DNA of 64,000 nt from contig JAAXZI010000161.1 in the NCBI GenBank assembly GCA_012719955.1, forward strand, positions 6,107 through 70,106, given 5' to 3'. Below are positions 9,297-22,301 of the stretch, piece after piece. The position numbers and the translations under genes were made by a program. This DNA comes from Phycisphaerae bacterium. GTDB taxonomy: Bacteria > Planctomycetota > Phycisphaerae > UBA1845 > PWPN01. The notes below the pieces were generated by a model. That model saw nothing but the letters and a program-made list of their open reading frames with translations. It made no database searches and was not told where the DNA came from. Each line of letters starts with the position of its first letter. The first letter of the stretch is position 1.

Positions 9297-11003
9297 ATGC
9301 AACGAGTGGTCGACGTCCAGAATCTCAAGGTGATCGAGGTCGATGACCTCTCACCTCCGCCCAACCGTATCCATGCGGAGGTGCTCGTCGTCGGCGGCGG
9401 GCTGGGCGGCGTGGCCGCCGCGCTCGCGGCCAGTCAGGCCGGGCGTACGGTATGCCTGGTGGAGGAGACCGACTGGTTGGGCGGCCAGGCCACCAGTCAG
9501 GGCGTCAGCGCATTGGATGAGAACAACTGGATCGAGACCAGCGGGGGGACGCGAAGTTACCTCGCCTTTCGCACGGCCATCCGCGACTGGTATCGCCGCA
9601 ACACGAAGCTCAAGCCCGAGGCGGCACGCAACGAACGACTCAACCCCGGCAACGGCTGGGTCAGCCGGCTGTGTTTTGAGCCCAAGGCGGCTTTGGCCGT
9701 CATCGACGATTGGCTCGGACCGTTTGCCAAAAGCGGGCACCTGCGAATACTCAAACGCTGCAAGGCCTGGGCGGTGGGGGTGCAGGGCTTCCGCGTGACC
9801 TACGTGGATCTCGTGAACCTGGAGAGCGGCGAGCGTTTCCGGGCTACCGCCGATTACGTGATCGACGCCACTGAGCTGGGCGACCTGCTGGCCCTGGGCG
9901 CGGCCGATTTCGTCACCGGCGCCGAGCCACGCGAATGGACCGGCGAGCCGGCTGCCATCGACACGTATGACCCCGAAGACGTGCAGAGCTTCACCTACCC
10001 CTTCGCCATCGAGTATCGCCCCGGCGAGCGGCACGTCATCGCCAAGCCGCCCGGTTATGATCAGAATGTTACGTTGCAGCCTTACACGCTGGTGGTCCAG
10101 TATGCCCGCGGGCCGCGCACCTACGGTATGTTCAAGCGCGCCGAAGACACCTACGGCCCGTTCTGGACCTACCGCCGGCTGATCGACGCCGGTCAGTTCG
10201 ACGACCCGCGTTACCCCCACGACATCGCGATGATCAACTGGCCCGGCAACGACTATCGCCACGGCAATATCCTCGTGCCTTCTCCCGAGGAGCAGATTCA
10301 ATATCTGCGCGCGGCCAAGGATCTCAGCCTGGGGCTGCTCTATTGGCTCCAGCACGAGGTCGAGCGCGACGACGGCGGCAAGGGCTACCCCGAGTTCAAG
10401 CTGCGCCCCGACGTGATGGGCACCGCCGATGGTCTCTCTATGTTCCCCTACATCCGCGAGTCCCGGCGGATCCTTGCCCTTAAGACCATCGTGGAGCAGG
10501 AGGTGGCCACCGACGGCGTGCGCGCGGTCCACTTCGCCGACAGCGTGGGCATTGGCCGTTACGGCATCGACATCCACGAGAGTAAGCGCAACCGCAAGCA
10601 GGTCATCAGCCCGGCCAAGCCTTTCCAGATCCCGTTGGGGGCCTTAATCCCCAAGGTGATGCGCAACCTGCTGGCCGGCTGCAAGAACATCGGCACCACG
10701 CACATCACCAACGGCTGTTACCGGCTGCACCCCATCGAGTGGAACATCGGCGAATCGGCCGGTGACCTGGCCGCCTTCTGCATCGAGCAAAGCTGCACGC
10801 CGCACGACGTGCGCGCCCGGCCGGAGTTGCTGCTCGCCCTGCAGCGCCGCTTGGTTCGCCGGGGCGTGCCGCTCATGTGGTACGACGACGTGCCGGTGAA
10901 TGATCCACGTTTCGAGAAGGTGCAGATGCTCCCGTTCGAGCAGCCGGAGGTGCTGGCCAGGCTGGACAAGGATATGCACGCACCCCAGGTAACCGACAAA
11001 TGA
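9297..11003 (+). CDS. FAD-dependent oxidoreductase (FAD_oxidored / xanthan-lyase-associated type)
   Basis: VLVVGGGLGGVAAA dinucleotide motif, IDATELGDL, YIRESRRI, and KNIGTTHITNGCYRLHP. GGAGGT RBS before ATG 9297. Confidence 0.9.
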   Translation: MQRVVDVQNLKVIEVDDLSPPPNRIHAEVLVVGGGLGGVAAALAASQAGRTVCLVEETDWLGGQATSQGVSALDENNWIETSGGTRSYLAFRTAIRDWYRRNTKLKPEAARNERLNPGNGWVSRLCFEPKAALAVIDDWLGPFAKSGHLRILKRCKAWAVGVQGFRVTYVDLVNLESGERFRATADYVIDATELGDLLALGAADFVTGAEPREWTGEPAAIDTYDPEDVQSFTYPFAIEYRPGERHVIAKPPGYDQNVTLQPYTLVVQYARGPRTYGMFKRAEDTYGPFWTYRRLIDAGQFDDPRYPHDIAMINWPGNDYRHGNILVPSPEEQIQYLRAAKDLSLGLLYWLQHEVERDDGGKGYPEFKLRPDVMGTADGLSMFPYIRESRRILALKTIVEQEVATDGVRAVHFADSVGIGRYGIDIHESKRNRKQVISPAKPFQIPLGALIPKVMRNLLAGCKNIGTTHITNGCYRLHPIEWNIGESAGDLAAFCIEQSCTPHDVRARPELLLALQRRLVRRGVPLMWYDDVPVNDPRFEKVQMLPFEQPEVLARLDKDMHAPQVTDK

Positions 11004-11064
11004 GGTGACTGGCCCGAGAGCGACCTCCTCTGTCAACCCCGTTCAAGAGGTTTTCCCGCCGAAG

Positions 11065-11132
11065 GCGGGCTCTGAACCACGGGTTCCGCTTCGCTCCACC
11101 CGTGGCTACTTTCTCGCCGCCCCTGCGGGGCG
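11065..11132. repeat. REP-like palindromic cluster
   Basis: Hairpins cccgccgaaggcggg (just upstream), ccacggg-ttccgcttcgctcca-cccgtgg followed by ctac, and cgcccc-tgc-ggggcg, lying between convergent genes. Confidence 0.55.
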
Positions 11133-11260
11133 CGTGTCCACCGGAAGGTGGCGGTCTGTGGTGCTCTCCATGCCCTCTCCTTATTCCGTGCGATTCAGCC
11201 GGTGTCGGCCGGACTTACGTTGATGCCGTCGGCACCTCCATTGGTTGTCCAAATCGTGAA

Positions 11261-11323
11261 CCCACCTCTGGAAGAGGTGGGCCACCCCGGCCGTTCATTA
11301 CCCGGTTGGAGAATCAAACGCCA
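11261..11323 (-). repeat. Repeat family B copy 1 (hairpin CCCACCTCTGGAAGAGGTGGG)
   Basis: Its reverse complement (tggcgtttgattctccaaccgggtaatgaacggccggggtggcccacctcttccagaggtggg) closely matches 37804-37865. Confidence 0.75.
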
Positions 11324-11435
11324 TAAGCGGCGCAGGCAGAACGGTCCGCTTCTCATGTGCGGAAAGAAGTTCCCGCTCATGGAAAGTGCGAGAGGTGATT
11401 CCCGCACCCGCCCATGGCAGCGCCCGGTCAAGCCA

Positions 11436-11490
11436 ATGACAAAAGGACAACTGACCCAACAACTGACCACTGACCACTGACTACTGACAA

Positions 11491-11493
<3 letters not shown>
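11436..11493. repeat. Heptamer tandem tract (ACTGACC/ACTGACA)n abutting the acnA stop
   Basis: caactgacccaacaactgaccactgaccactgactactgacaacta. Confidence 0.7.
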
Positions 11494-14268
<2,775 letters not shown>

Positions 14269-14465
14269 GTGTGATCTCCCTGATTTCGCGTCAAATGGCC
14301 GATTCGCTCGTTAATCGAGCCCGGCACTTCCGGCCACTCATTGTATGACCAGATTCGTTTCGGAACGCTGCCTGGGCTCCGCGGCGGGGGGCGGATCCGG
14401 CAGTCGGCGCCGCTGGCATGTCCCACCGGCCCACTTCGCGTCCGTTCTGAAGGTTGTGCAACGGC

Positions 14466-15710
14466 TCAGACGATCTCGTCTTTCTGCCGGTCGTAGCGCA
14501 ATTTGCGCCCGGAGCGCATGGCCTCCTGGGCCAGCAGGCTGGTGACGGCATGCTGATAGCCCACGTCGATCCCGGCGATGGGCTCCTTCCGGCTGCGCAT
14601 GCACTCCAGGAAATCGAGCATGTGGGCGTGCGGGCGGGCCTTTTCCACCTTGAGCTTCTGCTCTTCCGCCGGCAGGAGTGCATCCCCCGGCAGGCCGCCC
14701 TTGCCGCTGTAGACCGCCCGGTCCAGATCCAGCATGCCGTTAGTTCCATAAAGCGTCAGGTTCGGCTGAACCGCGTTGCCCAGGCGGGTAGTGTAATGCA
14801 GGATGAACTCCTCGGGGAATTCGATCAGCGTCTCGAAGGTGTCTTCGACCTCCCGGCCGTCCTTGTACACGTACACTCCGCCCAGCGAGACCGCGCTGCT
14901 CGGGAAAGGCGCGTCCAGCACGAACTGCATGATGTCGTACATGTGGCAGCCCAGCAGCCCGCTGACGCCCATGGTGAATTCGCGAAAGAGTTTCCATTCC
15001 AATACGTGGCGGGGGTTGAACGGGCGGTAGGGCAGATCGCGCAGGTAGAACTTCCAGTCGAAATCGGACTCCTTCATGGCCTTGCACTCGGCCTCGCGCC
15101 GCCAGCGCGGGCTCCGGTCGTTGTAGGCTCCGTCGGCGGTGATGATCTTGCCCAGCCGGCCGGACTTCACGAACTCCCGGGCCGCGTGGAACTTCGTCTC
15201 GCTGCGCCGTTGCGTGCCGACCTGTACGATGCGATCAGAAGCCTTCACCGCGGCACGGGCGAGCTTGGCCTCCTCGAAGTGCACGCACAGCGGCTTCTCC
15301 ACGTATACATCCTTGCCCGCCTTGATGCAGTCCAGCAGTATGGGTACGTGCCAGAAGTCCGGCGTGGTGATGATCACCGCATCCACGTCACCCCGTTCGA
15401 GCAATTCGGTATGGCGGACAAACGCCTCCGGCTTGCGTCCGGTGAGCTTCTGCGCCTCGGCCACGGCCTTTTCGCGCCAGGGCGTCCACAGCTCGCAGAC
15501 GGCCGTCACTTCGACATTGGCCAGTTGCCGCTCCGCAAGCTGGGCCAGGGCCTTCAGATGCTGCGTCCCGCGGACGCCCATGCCCACGATGCCGACGCGA
15601 ATCCGGTCGTTGGCTCCCATGGCCCGCGCGACGGGAGTTGCCAGCAGAGCGCTGCCGGCCGCCAAGGTGGATGTCTTCAGAAAATTCCGCCGGTTCATTG
15701 CCTCGTTCAT
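14466..15710 (-). CDS. Tat-exported Gfo/Idh/MocA family oxidoreductase
   Basis: RRNFLK Tat signal, IGIVGMGVRG-type Rossmann motif, TPDFWH, DVYVEKP and VQVGTQRRS. Confidence 0.93.
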   Translation of the reverse strand: MNEAMNRRNFLKTSTLAAGSALLATPVARAMGANDRIRVGIVGMGVRGTQHLKALAQLAERQLANVEVTAVCELWTPWREKAVAEAQKLTGRKPEAFVRHTELLERGDVDAVIITTPDFWHVPILLDCIKAGKDVYVEKPLCVHFEEAKLARAAVKASDRIVQVGTQRRSETKFHAAREFVKSGRLGKIITADGAYNDRSPRWRREAECKAMKESDFDWKFYLRDLPYRPFNPRHVLEWKLFREFTMGVSGLLGCHMYDIMQFVLDAPFPSSAVSLGGVYVYKDGREVEDTFETLIEFPEEFILHYTTRLGNAVQPNLTLYGTNGMLDLDRAVYSGKGGLPGDALLPAEEQKLKVEKARPHAHMLDFLECMRSRKEPIAGIDVGYQHAVTSLLAQEAMRSGRKLRYDRQKDEIV

Positions 15711-15834
15711 CGGTTACTCCGTGGGCCCAAGTACCATACGGGAGCGGCCCGCCTCTTCAGAAGCGGGGAATGCGAGACGCCATGCGAGCGCCCGCATCGG
15801 GCGGCTTCGCGTGCGGCTCAAGTCGCCGCGTGGG

Positions 15835-16284
15835 CTACGAGGATAGCCGAGTGCCCCGGTAAGTGCCAAGGTCTCCGGCGTCGCCGTTCGTATCCGAGAA
15901 TTCGACGCAAAACTCGTTTCCGTCTTCGCTGAACAGGAACAGTACATCCGCTCTGTAATTGGTGTCTCCGTTCTGAGGCACAAGCTGGATCTCCAGACGG
16001 TTGCCCTGTAGCACGGCCTCGCCCATCAGACGACGATCATTGCTGTTTTCATACGTGGTGTCGGTCACCCGGACGAGGTCGCCTTCCTGCTCGAACGTGA
16101 TGGTGCCGATCAGCAGAAATGGACGGGTACCGAAATAGCGATACACGCCGGCCACGTTCACGACTGCCGCGGAGTTTTCCTCCGGGCAGGGCTCCTGTTG
16201 GGCCGGACAACCTGAACCGGCAAGCAGCGGCAGAGTTGCAATCAACAGACCGGAACCGACAAGACAGCGATAGGTCCTGGACAT
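15835..16284 (-). CDS. Hypothetical lipoprotein
   Basis: Signal peptide with lipobox LAGSGC followed by a beta-rich soluble domain; 149 aa. Confidence 0.7.
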   Translation of the reverse strand: MSRTYRCLVGSGLLIATLPLLAGSGCPAQQEPCPEENSAAVVNVAGVYRYFGTRPFLLIGTITFEQEGDLVRVTDTTYENSNDRRLMGEAVLQGNRLEIQLVPQNGDTNYRADVLFLFSEDGNEFCVEFSDTNGDAGDLGTYRGTRLSS

Positions 16285-16371
16285 GAGCGGGTTTTTCCAA
16301 AGGCAAACAGAGCTGTGGCCCGACGGCTCCGTCCGCCCGGCGTTCCGCGGCCGGGGGCCTACATGGCCATT

Positions 16372-17085
16372 CTACCGTTCGCCTGCGGCGGAGTCTTGTT
16401 GGGGCTCCGATTCGGGCGAAAGCGGCTCAGCCTGGGGCGGTAGATGGGCCAGCGTATCGGGGGGGGCCTCGGGAGAGACGCCTGTGGCGGCCATCAGCCG
16501 CTTTTGCCGCCGATGAAAATACACCGCGGCCGTCACCAGCAGCCCCACCAGAATCGCCAGCACGATAAAGTGCGTGACCGTGCGTACTTCGCTGGTGATC
16601 TTGTCGAGGTTATGCCCGAAAATTTTTCCCAGGATCACCAACGTGGGCACGCTGATGCAGGCCGCAAAGCCATTGACGGCCAGAAAGGTGGTGAAAGGCA
16701 CCCGCAGAACGCCCGCCGCCATGAAGATCATGGGGCGTAGACCCGGCAGGAATCGCCCGATGAAAATGATTTTAACCCCGTGGCGCTGGAAGAGCCGTTC
16801 GGCCATCAGCAGCCGGGGCGGATTCACCACGCGTCGAAAATAACGGTGCTCCACAATGTGGTGGCCGAAACGCCTGCCCAGCGCAAACAGGATACAATCG
16901 CCCCCCAGCACACCCGCCATGGTCACAGGGATCATCAGTGCCAGATGGGCTAACTCCCTGTGAACCAGAAACCCGCTGAAGAGCAGGGGGACATCTTCCG
17001 GCAATGGTAACCCCAGGCTGCAGGCCAGCAGCACCAGGAAGACACCCAGGTACGGCCCGCCTATTGATACCATTTGCTCGACCAT
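16372..17085 (-). CDS. DedA family membrane protein
   Basis: LGLPLPED, GDCILFALGRRFG and GRFLPGLR motifs; start at MVEQMV (17085). Confidence 0.92.
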   Translation of the reverse strand: MVEQMVSIGGPYLGVFLVLLACSLGLPLPEDVPLLFSGFLVHRELAHLALMIPVTMAGVLGGDCILFALGRRFGHHIVEHRYFRRVVNPPRLLMAERLFQRHGVKIIFIGRFLPGLRPMIFMAAGVLRVPFTTFLAVNGFAACISVPTLVILGKIFGHNLDKITSEVRTVTHFIVLAILVGLLVTAAVYFHRRQKRLMAATGVSPEAPPDTLAHLPPQAEPLSPESEPQQDSAAGER

Positions 17086-17207
17086 TGCATTCCTCTGAGG
17101 GCCCTGTCGGTAGCCACGCGGTCCACACCCTATAATCGTTGCCAGTCCGGGCTGCAACGGGTACGCTCAGGGCCGCTCCAAAGTGTTTTTCAGTGAGAGT
17201 TGGATTT

Positions 17208-17642
17208 ATGGCGGAAAAATGGTACAAGGGCGGATTGCGGTTCACGTGTACCCAGTGCGGCAACTGTTGCACGGGGCCGCCGGGCTATGTCTGGGTAACC
17301 CGCGAGGAGATCGGTAAGATCGCGGAGTTCCTCGAGCGCAAGGATGGTTCCCTCCCGGAGGGCACCCTGCGCCGGGTGGGCTTTCGCTATTCGCTGACCG
17401 AGCGTTCCAACGGCGACTGTGTCTTTTTGATGACCACCCCGGAGGGGAAAAAGATCTGCAGCATCTACCCGGTCCGGCCCCTTCAGTGCCGCACCTGGCC
17501 CTTCTGGAACCAGAACCTGCGTTCGCCCCGCGATTGGGCCGAAGCGGCGGAACGCTGCGAAGGCATGAACAACGGCGAGACGCACAACTTCGTGGCCATC
17601 GAGAAGGTCCGGCTCAAGAAGTCGTGGATAGAGGATGAATAG
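17208..17642 (+). CDS. YkgJ/CxxCxxCC family cysteine-cluster protein
   Basis: FTCTQCGNCC, DCVFL, CSIYPVRPLQCRTWPF; TATAAT at 17131-17136 upstream. Confidence 0.92.
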   Translation: MAEKWYKGGLRFTCTQCGNCCTGPPGYVWVTREEIGKIAEFLERKDGSLPEGTLRRVGFRYSLTERSNGDCVFLMTTPEGKKICSIYPVRPLQCRTWPFWNQNLRSPRDWAEAAERCEGMNNGETHNFVAIEKVRLKKSWIEDE

Positions 17643-17785
17643 GGTTCAGGGTTCGGGGTTCAGGGTTCAGAGTTGCGGGCTTGAGGCCGTATGGCTGTGA
17701 TCCCCGTGATACCCCAAGGGTGCGGATGCGAGAATCCCTTCCCGCCAATCAAAGCTGAACGCTGATCGCTGAATGCTGAACGCTA
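17641..17785. repeat. Two heptamer tracts, (GGGTTCA)4 and (GCTGAAC-like)4-5, bracketing an ~80-nt spacer
   Basis: agggttcagggttcggggttcagggttcag at 17641-17670; gctgaacgctgatcgctgaatgctgaacgct at 17754-17784. Confidence 0.7.
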
Positions 17786-18441
17786 TGTCTACCACCGGCG
17801 ACATCCCGATCGAAGCCGTTATTGACGCCGTCCGCCGGCCGGAGGTCGTAGAGGCCATGCAGGCCTTCTATGCGGAGGCTGATCGTCGGATTGCCGCCAA
17901 CAAACCCACCTGCTGGAACAAGGGCGAATGCTGCCGTTTCGGCGAGTACGGCCATCGCCTCTACGTGACCGCCCTGGAGGTGGTTTACTACCTCGCGATG
18001 CAAACCGAACCACCAGCACCCGCTCCAATAGGAGACGTCGGCGCTCCGGCGGTGGCCGGGCTCGATACTGGGCGTGGCTCTGTAGCGGCCGGGCTCTGTA
18101 CCGGCCGTTCTCCCGCGGCGCCCAAACCCGATACCGGCCGTTCGCAGGAGGCTGAAGACGCTGTACCTTCGGCGAGCCCTCTCCCCGTCCTGATCCCGCC
18201 GATAACCGCCGACGCCTGCCCACACGCCTACGATGGCCGATGCCACGCCCGCGCGCGTCGGCCCCTGGGCTGCCGGATTTTCTACTGTGACCCGGCTGCC
18301 CAACACTGGCAGGGTCCGCTAACCGAGGAATGCCTGGAGGAACTCAAACGCCTGCACTGGGAACTGGGCGTGCCGTACTTTTATGCGGACTGGATGACCG
18401 TGCTGCGATCACTGGAAGACACTCATTCCAGCCGCGATTAA
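17785..18441 (+). CDS. Second YkgJ-like cysteine-cluster protein with a low-complexity insertion
   Basis: CWNKGECCRF ... CPHAYDGRCHARARRPLGCRIFYC; ~60-aa Pro/Ala/Gly-rich insert between the Cys clusters. Confidence 0.85.
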   Translation: MSTTGDIPIEAVIDAVRRPEVVEAMQAFYAEADRRIAANKPTCWNKGECCRFGEYGHRLYVTALEVVYYLAMQTEPPAPAPIGDVGAPAVAGLDTGRGSVAAGLCTGRSPAAPKPDTGRSQEAEDAVPSASPLPVLIPPITADACPHAYDGRCHARARRPLGCRIFYCDPAAQHWQGPLTEECLEELKRLHWELGVPYFYADWMTVLRSLEDTHSSRD

Positions 18442-18921
18442 GTGGCCAGAGACCATCACCAGCAAGGGCCCGCCGATCAGAAGGCCTCGTTTGATCCGCC
18501 GCCGCCTGGCTCATGGAGTTGCCTGCTGTTGGTTCATTTCCGCATCGACCTGAATCTCTTCCGAGAAGCCGACGATGATATCCGGCCGCCGATAACTATG
18601 CAGCAGGAATAGCTGGGATCATCGCTCGCCTTGCTTCGAAGGCATTGTAACCGCACACGATTCCATCCTCACCGTCACATCACCTCCCGACCTGCCCACC
18701 TCGCCACCTTGGCATTTTCCCACTTTCCCACCTTCTCACTTTCCCACGCTTTCCCCTTCCCCTCGCGTCCGTATAACCGCACATTCACACAGTCACATAC
18801 CGTCTCCTCATTGCCCCCTGTATGCGTGCCGATGAACACTGGCGGGAAAGCCTGACGGCCGGCCATTGAGGTGGGGCACTTCGGTTTGGTCGTCGCAAAA
18901 TGTACCCCCGCCGAGGGATCC

Positions 18922-20166
18922 ATGAATACGCAAGAACAGTACCGGCTGGGCATCGCCGCCTACAGCGCCGGTGAGTTCGAAGAGGCCATCCGCCTGTTGA
19001 CGCCGGCCGCGTCCGGACGACGGCACGGGCCTGCTTCGGCCGCGCGCTACTACCTGGCCCAGGCGCACTATCGCCTGGCTGTTCAACTTTTTGAGGCACG
19101 GCGATTTCCGGAGGCGACAAAGCATTTTCAGGCTGCCGCCCGGGTGAATCCCATGGGTGCGGACTATGCCCAGTATCTGGCCGCCTGTTACGTGCAGACC
19201 GGCCAGTTGGAGACCGCCGCGGCTGAACTGCAGGTCCTGCTGGATCGTCGGCCTGAGGACGCCGACATCCGCATCCGCCTGGCCCTGACCCTCTGGCAGC
19301 AGGGCAACCCCACCCAGGCCCAGGCAGTGCTGCGCGAGGGGCTCCGCGAACAGTCCATGCACGCGGAACTGCACTATCAGCTCGGGGTCATGCTGGCGGC
19401 CGAAGACAATCTCGCTGAGGCCGAGCGGCTTTTCGAACGCACGATCGCCCTGGATCCGACGCATGCCGGGGCCTACGAGCGCCTGGCCCAGTGTTGCGCC
19501 CTGCTCAGCCGGTTTGAGCGGGCCTTGAGCTATCTCAAGAAGGCCCACCAGCTCGAGCCGGCCAACGCGCGGGTTGCGCTGCAGCTCAACCTGCTGGCCC
19601 AGTCCCTCATGGCCTCAGGTCAGCCGGTGCAGATCCAGTGGCAGACCAGACCGGCCCCGCGCCGCGATGCGGAAAGCATCGAACGGCTGGGGGAGGCCAT
19701 CCTGCGCGAACCGGACTTCGTCGAGGCATTCCTCTCGCTGCCGGAGACCGAGGTGGATGGAGAGGTCTTCTCGACGCTGGCGGCTGTGCTCGAAGAGGCC
19801 CTGCGCAAGAAACCCGAGTATGCGGACCTGCACTATCACTGCGGAGCGGTTTACCGGCGGCTGGGCCGTCACGACAAGGCCCTGCATCATGCCGAGCGCG
19901 CCGTGGCCCTGAATAACAAGTACGTCAATGCCCTCATCCTGCTGGCCGACCTGTACGCGCAGACCGATCGCTGGCGGGCGGGCGTGGAGCGTCTGGAGCA
20001 GGCCATCGCGGCCGGCGCCGACTATCCGGACGTACACTGCCTGTTGGGTCGTTTGTTCCAGTCGGGGGGCGAACTGGACCGTGCCCGGCAGGAATATCAG
20101 CGCGCGTTAGAACTGGATGACAACTATCCGGCGGCCCGGGAAGCCCTGGCCGCCCTGGCTGCTTGA
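18922..20166 (+). CDS. Tetratricopeptide repeat protein
   Basis: Repeated TPR consensus (e.g. AELHYQLGVMLAAEDNLAEAERLFERTIALDP); start at MNTQEQ. Confidence 0.9.
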   Translation: MNTQEQYRLGIAAYSAGEFEEAIRLLTPAASGRRHGPASAARYYLAQAHYRLAVQLFEARRFPEATKHFQAAARVNPMGADYAQYLAACYVQTGQLETAAAELQVLLDRRPEDADIRIRLALTLWQQGNPTQAQAVLREGLREQSMHAELHYQLGVMLAAEDNLAEAERLFERTIALDPTHAGAYERLAQCCALLSRFERALSYLKKAHQLEPANARVALQLNLLAQSLMASGQPVQIQWQTRPAPRRDAESIERLGEAILREPDFVEAFLSLPETEVDGEVFSTLAAVLEEALRKKPEYADLHYHCGAVYRRLGRHDKALHHAERAVALNNKYVNALILLADLYAQTDRWRAGVERLEQAIAAGADYPDVHCLLGRLFQSGGELDRARQEYQRALELDDNYPAAREALAALAA

Positions 20167-20182
20167 TGGGGAAAGAAGAGTT

Positions 20183-21862
20183 ATGTCGTACCTTTTGGAG
20201 GTACTTGGTCGCGGGTGGGCCGGCCGGCTGTCCCGGGTGTTCAAGGACCGTCTGAATCGCAATCCGGCCGATCCGCGGGAGCTGCTTGAAAAGCGGGAGC
20301 GCGAATCCGACTCCGCCGAATTGCAGCTCGGACTGGGCTTCGCCTGGCTGCACGCCGGTGAAGCCGCCAAGGCCCGCGACGCGTTCCTGGAATCCGCCCG
20401 CCTGGACGGCGAAAACCCTCTGGCCCGGATCGGTGCGGCCTGCTGTTGCGAGCAGTTGGGGCTCATCGACGAGGCCGGAGAGCAGCTTAGCGCCGCCGCT
20501 GACCTGGATCCCGACGACGCGGCCGTTCAATTCGGCCTGGGGTACTGCCACGAACGCCAGGGCCGACGGGGCGAGGCCATCACGCACTACCGGGGCGCGC
20601 TGCGCGTCTGTCCGACCATGCGCCCGGCCCGCGAACGGCTGGCGGCCATCTTCCTCCGGCAGAATGCCCTGGCCGCGGCCATTGACCAGTACGAACACCT
20701 GCTCGTGGAAGAGCCCGGCGACACCGACCTGTGTCTGACCCTGGCCGGTCTGCAATTGCGTCACGGCCAGCCCCAACAGGCCATTGAGCTGTTCGAGCGG
20801 GCCCTGACCATGGATCCCGACAACTGGCAGGCCCGCACGGACCTGGTGGACACGCTGGAACAGTCCGGCCTGATCCGCGAGGCCATCGAGCACTTGCACG
20901 AGATGTGTGAACGCCAACCGGCTTTTGCGGACACTTACGTTCGCCTCGGCGATCTGTACGGGCGCGCCGGAAACGCGGGGGCGGCCCTCAAGGCCTACAT
21001 GCAGGCTCTCGATCTGCAGCCCGACTACCTGGAAGCCACGGTCAAAGCGGGCACCCAGCATCTTCGCGCCGGCCGGCACCTTGAGGCGGCGACCTTTTTC
21101 TCCCGGGCTATCGAGATCAACGACCGCCTGCTGGTGGGGTACGTCGGCCTGGGCGTGGCCCAGCATGAGGCCGGCAAGTCTGAAGAAGCCATCTCTACCT
21201 TCGATCTGGCCGCCAGTATCGAGCCGAACAGCACGCTCCTCTATTCAGAGGTGGCCCGGCTCCAGCTCAAATGCGCTGTCCAGCAGGAGGCCCGCCGTTA
21301 CCTGCAAGCCGGCCCGGGCGAAGACACCGCGCCCCCGGCAGACGGGATCGACGACCTGATCGACCGCCAGATCGCGCGTCATGAGCAAGCGGTGGCCGAG
21401 CACCCTCACCATCCTGATGCCCACTACCGGCTGGGCCTGTTGCTCCGCCAGCGCGGCCGGCTGGATGAGGCCATCGACCACTTCCGGGAGGCGGTGCGGA
21501 TCAATCCGGCCTACACCAAGGCCTGGATCAAGCTCGGTCTCGCCCTGCATGATGCCCACCGCGATGACGAGGCCATCCCCGCGTTGCAGAAGGCCCTCGA
21601 ATTGCATCCCGACTACGTGGACCTGCACTACCGGCTGGGTGTGATGTTCGCCAACCGCGAACAATTCGAACTGGCCGTAGAGCGCTTCGAGAAGGCCACC
21701 GCCCTCAAGCCCGACTGCGTCGAGTTCCGCGAGTACCTCGCCCTGAGCCTGGAGAACATGGGTCTGATCGACCGGGCCAAGGCCTGCTGGCATCGCATCT
21801 GCGAGATGGCCCCGCACAGCCCACAGGCGGCCCGGGCCAAAGCGGCGCTGCGGAAGGAGTGA
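20183..21862 (+). CDS. Tetratricopeptide repeat protein
   Basis: About 12 TPR units (e.g. DAHYRLGLLLRQRGRLDEAIDHFREAVRINP); start at MSYLLEVLGRG. Confidence 0.9.
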   Translation: MSYLLEVLGRGWAGRLSRVFKDRLNRNPADPRELLEKRERESDSAELQLGLGFAWLHAGEAAKARDAFLESARLDGENPLARIGAACCCEQLGLIDEAGEQLSAAADLDPDDAAVQFGLGYCHERQGRRGEAITHYRGALRVCPTMRPARERLAAIFLRQNALAAAIDQYEHLLVEEPGDTDLCLTLAGLQLRHGQPQQAIELFERALTMDPDNWQARTDLVDTLEQSGLIREAIEHLHEMCERQPAFADTYVRLGDLYGRAGNAGAALKAYMQALDLQPDYLEATVKAGTQHLRAGRHLEAATFFSRAIEINDRLLVGYVGLGVAQHEAGKSEEAISTFDLAASIEPNSTLLYSEVARLQLKCAVQQEARRYLQAGPGEDTAPPADGIDDLIDRQIARHEQAVAEHPHHPDAHYRLGLLLRQRGRLDEAIDHFREAVRINPAYTKAWIKLGLALHDAHRDDEAIPALQKALELHPDYVDLHYRLGVMFANREQFELAVERFEKATALKPDCVEFREYLALSLENMGLIDRAKACWHRICEMAPHSPQAARAKAALRKE

Positions 21863-22225
21863 CCAGCGCCGAAGGACGAGGGGGGAGAGGATAGCGGAAG
21901 GGGAGGCGCGGGGACGCGGGGACAACGCGACACGGGGACAAGGAGACAAGGGGATGCGCAGGGCGGGGGGTTCTGCGCGTTCCGTTCCTTGAGCCTGCGG
22001 CCGGCATCGGGAACAGATTCCCTAGTGCCCGGCCCGACGGGCACGGCGGCACCGGCGACTTGCGAGTCCTCTCGGGCGCATTCGCAACGCGTATACAACG
22101 CAAATTGCCGAAGTCAGGATCATTGATGCGGGGGGCGAGCCGCAATTTGAGGGTGTGAAAGCTGTCCATACGCGTGAGCTTCGCAGTAGACGTTCAGGTT
22201 CAAGTCCGTTTCGGCTGAGCAGCCG

Positions 22226-22255
22226 ATTGACATATATCAATTCAGATGCGATAAT
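22226..22255 (+). promoter_or_regulatory. Sigma70-type promoter with an overlapping palindromic operator upstream of the TA pair
   Basis: TTGACA (22227-32), 17-nt spacer, TGn-GATAAT (22250-55); inverted repeat ATTGA-catata-TCAAT (22226-41) covers the -35. Confidence 0.75.
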
Positions 22256-22301
22256 ACTTTAAGAAGCATCCGCCCAGTCAGACGACGTGATCGGAGTCGA
22301 T

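Noticed and set aside
18442-18612. 56-codon ORF (MARDHHQQG...) right after the YkgJ-like gene
   Set aside because: No RBS, motif or other support.
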